A stretch of DNA of 64,000 nucleotides from Candidatus Thorarchaeota archaeon (GTDB lineage Archaea; Asgardarchaeota; Thorarchaeia; Thorarchaeales; Thorarchaeaceae): the NCBI GenBank assembly GCA_048884785.1, contig JBHLQM010000006.1, positions 16,038 through 80,037 on the forward strand, written 5' to 3'. The notes under the pieces were generated by a model. That model made no database searches. It was not told where the DNA came from and worked only from the letters and a program-made list of their open reading frames with translations. Shown in pieces: positions 58,503-64,000 of this stretch. Numbering within the stretch: position 1 is the stretch's first letter; the number at the start of each line of letters is the position of its first letter. The translations under genes were made by a program, and so were the position numbers.

Positions 58503-60101
58503 TCATTCTGGAGGAGTCCCCCAACCTCCTCCTCCAGGTGTTTCTATCCTGATTACCGAACCTCTCAGAGCTTTGATAGTTGTCTTTGCCTGAAGAGGAT
58601 ATTCCTCATCGCTAAACTTCAAGAGATTCAAACCCTTCTGTCCGTTTTCGCCACCATTCAATCCCCATGCCGTAGAGGCCCTCCGTTCAGATTGAATAGA
58701 TACTGTGCAATCATCTTCAAGGAGCTCAATTTCCCTTACAAGGCCATCTCCTCCTATCCATTTTCCATTTCCTCCACTCCCTGTTCTGATAGAGTATTCT
58801 CTAACTCGCAGCGGATACTCGGATTCAAGAGCCTCTATAGGCGTATTCAGAGTATTTGTCATGGATGTATGTATTCCGCTGGTGCCGCTTGCCTTGTGGC
58901 TTGCTCCAGACCCTCCTCCAATTGTTTCGTAGAACGAGAACTCTGTTTCTCTAACTCGATCGTAGCCTCCAATTGCGAGGTTATTCATTGTGCCTTGGCT
59001 TGCGGCTGGAATATGTAGTCCAGCTATTTTTGAGAGAGCACCAAGTACTGTATCAACCACTCGTTGGCTGGTTTCAACATTGCCAGCTGATACAGCTGCA
59101 GGATAAGATGGATTCAGCAGTGAACCTGATGGAATCTCAACATCAATGATACTCCAGCAACCCTCGTTCGTTGGAATTTCGCCTCCAAATACTGCAATGA
59201 ACACATAATACACTGCTGACAGCGTTGAAGCAATAGGGCAGTTTATGTTACCATCAACCTGTGGCGAGGTGCCCTTAAACGAAATATGGGCTCGCTTAGA
59301 AGAAAAATTGACTGACGCCACAATTGGTATGTCCCAGTTTCCTGCTCCATCACTATCCATCACATCTGAGAACTCTCCCCTTAAACCACTGAATTCAAGA
59401 AGTGCTGATTCCATCCGAGTTTTGGAGTAGTACATCAGATCGTTGAAAGTTCCAAGAACACTGTCGAATCCAAACTCCGAAAATACCGAAACAAGTCGTT
59501 TTATTCCGATGTTATTTGCGGCTAATTGTGCTGAGAGGTCTCCCAGCCGCTCGCGGGGAGTTCTCGTAGCACCCAAAAGTTCAGCAATACTGGTTTTAAT
59601 GATGACACCACCCTCAACAATTATCTTCGGAGGGATCACAACACCTTCCTCATGGATGTCGAGAGACATGCCTGGCATTGATCCTGGACTAATGCCGCCA
59701 ACATCAGCATGATGTGCTCTATTTGCAACAAATCCGATATGCTGGTCATCTACGTACACAGGTGCGACGAGCGTCAAATCTGGCAAATGAGAACCACCTG
59801 AATATGGATCATTGAGAAGTGCCATTCTCCCCTCACTCAGGTCATCTCCAAGTTTTGATATGCACGCACGAACAGATAGAGGCATTGCACCCAGATGCAC
59901 AGGGATATCCTTGGACTGAGCAATGAGATTTCCATGAGCATCAAAAACAGCGCAGCTGCAATCTCGCCTCTCTTTAATATTGGGACTAAAGGCCGTTCTT
60001 CTTAGTGCCTGACTCATCTCCGTAGACGCTGAAATAAGGTTGTTCTTAATCACCTCGAAAGTAATGGGGTCCTCAATCACACTCTTTCCCTCCGTACCCA
60101 T
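58503..60101 (-). CDS. Hydantoinase B / 5-oxoprolinase subunit
   Basis: SPNIKERRDCS, NDPYSGGSHLPD, HHADVGG and TPGGGG motifs. Confidence 0.93.
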   Translation of the reverse strand: MGTEGKSVIEDPITFEVIKNNLISASTEMSQALRRTAFSPNIKERRDCSCAVFDAHGNLIAQSKDIPVHLGAMPLSVRACISKLGDDLSEGRMALLNDPYSGGSHLPDLTLVAPVYVDDQHIGFVANRAHHADVGGISPGSMPGMSLDIHEEGVVIPPKIIVEGGVIIKTSIAELLGATRTPRERLGDLSAQLAANNIGIKRLVSVFSEFGFDSVLGTFNDLMYYSKTRMESALLEFSGLRGEFSDVMDSDGAGNWDIPIVASVNFSSKRAHISFKGTSPQVDGNINCPIASTLSAVYYVFIAVFGGEIPTNEGCWSIIDVEIPSGSLLNPSYPAAVSAGNVETSQRVVDTVLGALSKIAGLHIPAASQGTMNNLAIGGYDRVRETEFSFYETIGGGSGASHKASGTSGIHTSMTNTLNTPIEALESEYPLRVREYSIRTGSGGNGKWIGGDGLVREIELLEDDCTVSIQSERRASTAWGLNGGENGQKGLNLLKFSDEEYPLQAKTTIKALRGSVIRIETPGGGGWGTPPE

Positions 60102-62107
60102 AGAAGTCCATCCCTTCTCATCTCAAGACTCCATTCTGGGGAAACCCATGTTGTAGTATCCAGCTGCTCTACAATTAGGGGTCCTTGTATCTTCTTCATT
60201 GTAGGAAGATTCTCTCGATGAATTACTCTGGCATCTCGTTTGATTCCATCATTCAAAATGACAGTCCTGAAAATTTCTGCTTCCCCTAGAGCTTCATTGA
60301 CAACTACTCTACTTCTAGTTCTAGGCTGAGGATATGATGCAGTAACGCGGGCGGTAACCCATTCTGTCCTTTCACCTTTTAGTCTGTACCCAAATTGAGT
60401 TTCATGCTCTGTTTCAAAAAGCTCTTGCGTATGGAACTGATTCATTTCAACTTCATCAGGTATCTTGATTGATAGTTCATGTGATTGGCCCGTGTATCTC
60501 ATGTCTAGCATTCTATGAATTGTAATCTCGCCTTCCGAGGCTCCTTGCTCTATCAGTCTTTCCACAGCCATGTTTTCCAGGCTTGAGAAAACTTCACGAA
60601 GTTGTTCAGAATTCTCCGGAGAGGCATCTAGGAGAATTGACCTCATCAAGTCCACCCGTAAATCCGCACATACAAGTCCAAATGCTGAAGTTATGCCAGG
60701 GTGATGAGGAACCAAAATGGAATGAATCCTCAGGCTCGCTGCTATGTCCACAGCTTGGGTAGGCCCTGCACCACCAAAGGCGATGAGGACAAAATCCCGA
60801 GGATCTTTTCCTCGTTCAATTGTCACTTCTCTAATTGCCTGGACCATGTTGGACGTTGAGATTCTGGTTATCCCTGCAGCTGCTTCTTCAACTGACAGGC
60901 CAATTTGCTGAGCAACCTTCTTGATTGCATTATACGCTCGCTTCGAATTAAGCTGGATTTCGCCCCCAACAAAGAACTCTGGATTTAGCCTCCCAAGTAT
61001 AAGATTAGCATCAGTGACAGTCGGAAGAGTACCCCCTTTATCATAAGATGCTGGTCCTGGAACAGCACCTGCGCTCTGCGGACCAACATGTAGTATTCCT
61101 GCGGTATCTAGCCAAGCTATACTGCCGCCACCTGCTCCTATAGTTTTAACATCAACAGATGGAAAACGAAGAGGGAGTCCATCAACTTCATTATCTGGCC
61201 GTACAACTACACCACCTGAAACAGCACTAATATCGCAGCTCGTTCCACCCATATCCAACGTTAGTGCATTTAGTATGTCAGCTTGCTTGGCGACCTCCCA
61301 ACCTCCAACTACGCCTCCTGCAAGACCCGAAATGGCCAGTCCTACTGCTCGTCCTTGAGCCCTCGATGCATGCATCGTCCCTCCATTCGACTGCATCACG
61401 TTGAGACGAGCATTTGGGCAAAGTTCTGCCACGGATCTTTTGAGTTTGCTCAAATACCCTATCACAAGCGGCCCTAGGTACGCCTCTAGAACAGTTGTGG
61501 ACATTCTCTCAAATTCCCTAAACTCCGGGAGAACATCCGATGATGCTACCGAATAACCATCAAATGATTCCTTCAGGGCATGGAGGAGCCTATTTTCATG
61601 CTCAGAATGTTTGAACGAAAATAGCAAAGAGATAGCTATACTATCGGGTTTGCGAGTGCTGATTTCCAATACTATACGATCAATCTCACTCTGCGATAAG
61701 GGAATAATTGGTTCTCCTTGCCAATCTACCCTCTCCAATACTCCAATCCGGTCGCTTCTTTCCACAAGGGGCATTGGTCTAGTTGCATGAATATCGTAGA
61801 TATCGGTTCTGTTCTGTCTTCCGATTTCAAGCACATCTTCGAAACCTTTTGTGGTGATTAAGCACACTGTGGCACCTTTTCTCTCTAGCATGGCATTTGT
61901 TGCCACGGTTGTTCCATGAACTAGTAGCTTGACTTCTGAAGGTGAAACTCCCTCACGGTCAAGCAGTTCTCTTATTCCTCTAACTACGGCAATATCCTGT
62001 GACTCTGGAGTTGATGGAACCTTGTGTACATATTGCTGTCCCGACTCTGTGGCAAGCATGATTATGTCTGTGAAGGTGCCTCCAACATCCACACCAATGA
62101 TCTTCAT
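60077..62107 (-). CDS. Hydantoinase A / 5-oxoprolinase subunit
   Basis: DVGGTFTD, HGTTVATN, DMGGTS, IGAGGGS, SAGAVPGP and FGGAG motifs. Confidence 0.93.
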   Translation of the reverse strand: MKIIGVDVGGTFTDIIMLATESGQQYVHKVPSTPESQDIAVVRGIRELLDREGVSPSEVKLLVHGTTVATNAMLERKGATVCLITTKGFEDVLEIGRQNRTDIYDIHATRPMPLVERSDRIGVLERVDWQGEPIIPLSQSEIDRIVLEISTRKPDSIAISLLFSFKHSEHENRLLHALKESFDGYSVASSDVLPEFREFERMSTTVLEAYLGPLVIGYLSKLKRSVAELCPNARLNVMQSNGGTMHASRAQGRAVGLAISGLAGGVVGGWEVAKQADILNALTLDMGGTSCDISAVSGGVVVRPDNEVDGLPLRFPSVDVKTIGAGGGSIAWLDTAGILHVGPQSAGAVPGPASYDKGGTLPTVTDANLILGRLNPEFFVGGEIQLNSKRAYNAIKKVAQQIGLSVEEAAAGITRISTSNMVQAIREVTIERGKDPRDFVLIAFGGAGPTQAVDIAASLRIHSILVPHHPGITSAFGLVCADLRVDLMRSILLDASPENSEQLREVFSSLENMAVERLIEQGASEGEITIHRMLDMRYTGQSHELSIKIPDEVEMNQFHTQELFETEHETQFGYRLKGERTEWVTARVTASYPQPRTRSRVVVNEALGEAEIFRTVILNDGIKRDARVIHRENLPTMKKIQGPLIVEQLDTTTWVSPEWSLEMRRDGLLWVRRERV

Positions 62108-62159
62108 TATCTTTCTAATGTGGAATCTTGGCAGGATATGAAAGCTTGGGATTGCTTTG

Positions 62160-63116
62160 CTATTTCTTATTCCAGGAATGAATGATTGTCCGTGAATGCA
62201 ACTCAAAACCGACATTCTTGTAGAGGTTAAGGCCACTTGTGTTATCTAAATCAACACCTAAACTCAATCTAGTGTGTCCCTGCTCTTCTGCCAACTTCAT
62301 AAGATATAGGAGATATGATTTGGCAAGACCCCTTCCCCGATACTCTCCAAGTATCCCAAATCTATCAATGTGCTGTTCATCTCCTCGGTCCAATACAAAT
62401 GCAAATCCGATAATTTCCTGACCCACTCTTAGCACAGAAGATAGTTCTGGGTTCATTTTCTCATTATGGACTGACTTTACATATCTCTCTTTACGCTGTT
62501 CCTCTTCCATATCTAGAAACTCTCTATCTTCTCCATCTGCAAAAGAGTTGTAGTAGCAGTCATAGATTTTAGTTTCGTCTACATCTTCCACTGGGACCAC
62601 AGTGAACCCCTCAGGAAGTCCTCGCCTTTCGATATTCTTCATGGTGAGATTTAGCAGCATGTATCCACTGTCTTCTAATTTAGGAAACCCAATGGATATG
62701 AACCATCTTGAAGACCTATAGTAGTCCGCTAAAGTGATTTCATCCACTCCATTGAACAGCCCCTCTATTCTTACTATTCCATTCTCTTCTGCGTATTTCA
62801 AAGCATGTTGAAGCAAGAGATTCGCAATTTGGTCTTCTGAATTATCTTTTTTCACTATGGGTTGCCAGCGTCCAAACTCAGCAACAGTTTCCGTCTCCCT
62901 TCCAAGAGTCATCCATCCGCACAGCATCTTGCCTTTCATAACTTGAAAGACTACCTCAGAAGGAAACCTCTCTTGAATTCGAGCGAGATAGGTCTTGATA
63001 GATTCAGCATCATTTACACTCCTGTAGATTCCAACTTTATTCCCGTAGATAAACTCAGATACACTATCAAGATTCACGTTCTCCCATCTACATTGAGTTA
63101 TGGTGAAATCATACAT
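62160..63116 (-). CDS. Tandem GNAT acetyltransferase
   Basis: EYRGRGLAK and N..GLNLYKNVGF; degenerate N-terminal GNAT domain. Confidence 0.85.
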   Translation of the reverse strand: MYDFTITQCRWENVNLDSVSEFIYGNKVGIYRSVNDAESIKTYLARIQERFPSEVVFQVMKGKMLCGWMTLGRETETVAEFGRWQPIVKKDNSEDQIANLLLQHALKYAEENGIVRIEGLFNGVDEITLADYYRSSRWFISIGFPKLEDSGYMLLNLTMKNIERRGLPEGFTVVPVEDVDETKIYDCYYNSFADGEDREFLDMEEEQRKERYVKSVHNEKMNPELSSVLRVGQEIIGFAFVLDRGDEQHIDRFGILGEYRGRGLAKSYLLYLMKLAEEQGHTRLSLGVDLDNTSGLNLYKNVGFELHSRTIIHSWNKK

Positions 63117-63254
63117 CAGTCATCCGTCACTACCATCTTGCTGGAGCAGCCAGCTGAAAATAGCTTCCACTGATAAAAGTCAGCTCTAATACGCCAAAGG
63201 AACAATTCACAACCATTAATTACTAGCTCGTTGATTTCTCATATGTGATACTTG

Positions 63255-64000
63255 ATGGGTCCCACATATTCTGCAGTTCTATTACGGTATGGAGAGATAG
63301 CCATCAAGTCTGATCAAACGCGCCGTCGAATGACCAAGATGCTTGTCAAACACATCAAATCTGCCTTGAAAGAGAAGTCAGCAAAATACTCGGACATCAT
63401 TGTTCAGTACGGTAGAATCTTTGTTGAAACTGAGGAACCTCAGCATGTCGCTGAAGTGGCATCGAAGGTTTTTGGAATAGTTTCCACCTCGCCAGTTGTT
63501 GTAGTTTCTTCTAATTTGGATGATATAGTTGAAACAGGTTTTGCTATCGCGAGTTCTGAATTTGACAAGTCTCTACCTTTTGCCGTTGGAGCCCGAAGAA
63601 TTGGCACTCATGACTATACTAGTCAGGATGTGAGAGAGAAACTGGGAGAGCGAATCTATGAAGATCTCGACATATCAGTAGACCTTTCGAATCCCGGGCA
63701 GACAATCTATGTCGAAGTGCGGCAAGACAAAGCCTACATTTTTACAAAGACCATCAGGGGTGTAGGAGGAATGCCTTCGGGTACTCAGGGCAAAGTGGTC
63801 TGCACAGTATCCACTGGGTTGGATTCACCAGTTGCCGCCTACAAAGTTATGAAGAGAGGTGCAATCCCGGTCATCGTCTATTTTGATAATGCACCACACG
63901 CCGCAGATGGATGCACTGGGGTAGCAATCCGGCAAGCCAAAAAATTGGCAGAATACATTCATGGGCATGAAGTGAAGATGTACATCGTTCCTCATGGCCC
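63255..64000 (+). CDS. thiI: tRNA 4-thiouridine synthase ThiI (3'-truncated by window edge)
   Basis: Not in the ORF track; reads MGPTYSAVLLRYGEIAIKS..., THUMP domain, GGMPSGTQGKV...STGLDSPVAAYKVMKRG. Confidence 0.9.
   Translation, partial: MGPTYSAVLLRYGEIAIKSDQTRRRMTKMLVKHIKSALKEKSAKYSDIIVQYGRIFVETEEPQHVAEVASKVFGIVSTSPVVVVSSNLDDIVETGFAIASSEFDKSLPFAVGARRIGTHDYTSQDVREKLGERIYEDLDISVDLSNPGQTIYVEVRQDKAYIFTKTIRGVGGMPSGTQGKVVCTVSTGLDSPVAAYKVMKRGAIPVIVYFDNAPHAADGCTGVAIRQAKKLAEYIHGHEVKMYIVPHG

Overview
Gene-dense archaeal chromosomal segment. It most likely comes from an Asgard archaeon of Thorarchaeota-like character; this is inferred from ESCRT-III, ESCRT-II (Vps22-like), longin-GTPase and eS25 genes and archaeal-type GltX, ThiI and AOR, not from a database search. 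Most of the roughly 60 CDS are housekeeping or metabolic (peptide SBP, PGI/PMI, Nbp35, IMPase, ThrC, SurE, WecB, Udp, Dcd, GdhA, IlvE, AOR with ferredoxin, M20 peptidase, AlaX, GlmU-like, GltX, hydantoinase A/B, partial ThiI). I saw no CRISPR array, transposase, rRNA or tRNA. Highlights: (1) two tandem DapA-family aldolase::formaldehyde-activating-enzyme (Fae) fusion genes whose Fae domains look complementarily degenerated; (2) three separately promoted, stem-closed, pyrimidine-loop small RNA candidates at 6.5-7.2 kb; (3) a ChlI-type AAA+ gene joined by an A9 slippery site (-1 frame) to a transmembrane+vWA ORF; (4) ribosomal protein eS25 that needs an ATT start and carries a long H1-like repeat tail; (5) a tandem pair of box C/D sRNAs; (6) a longin/small-GTPase operon next to a multidomain Vps22-like gene; (7) a circularly permuted ABC peptide-binding protein.
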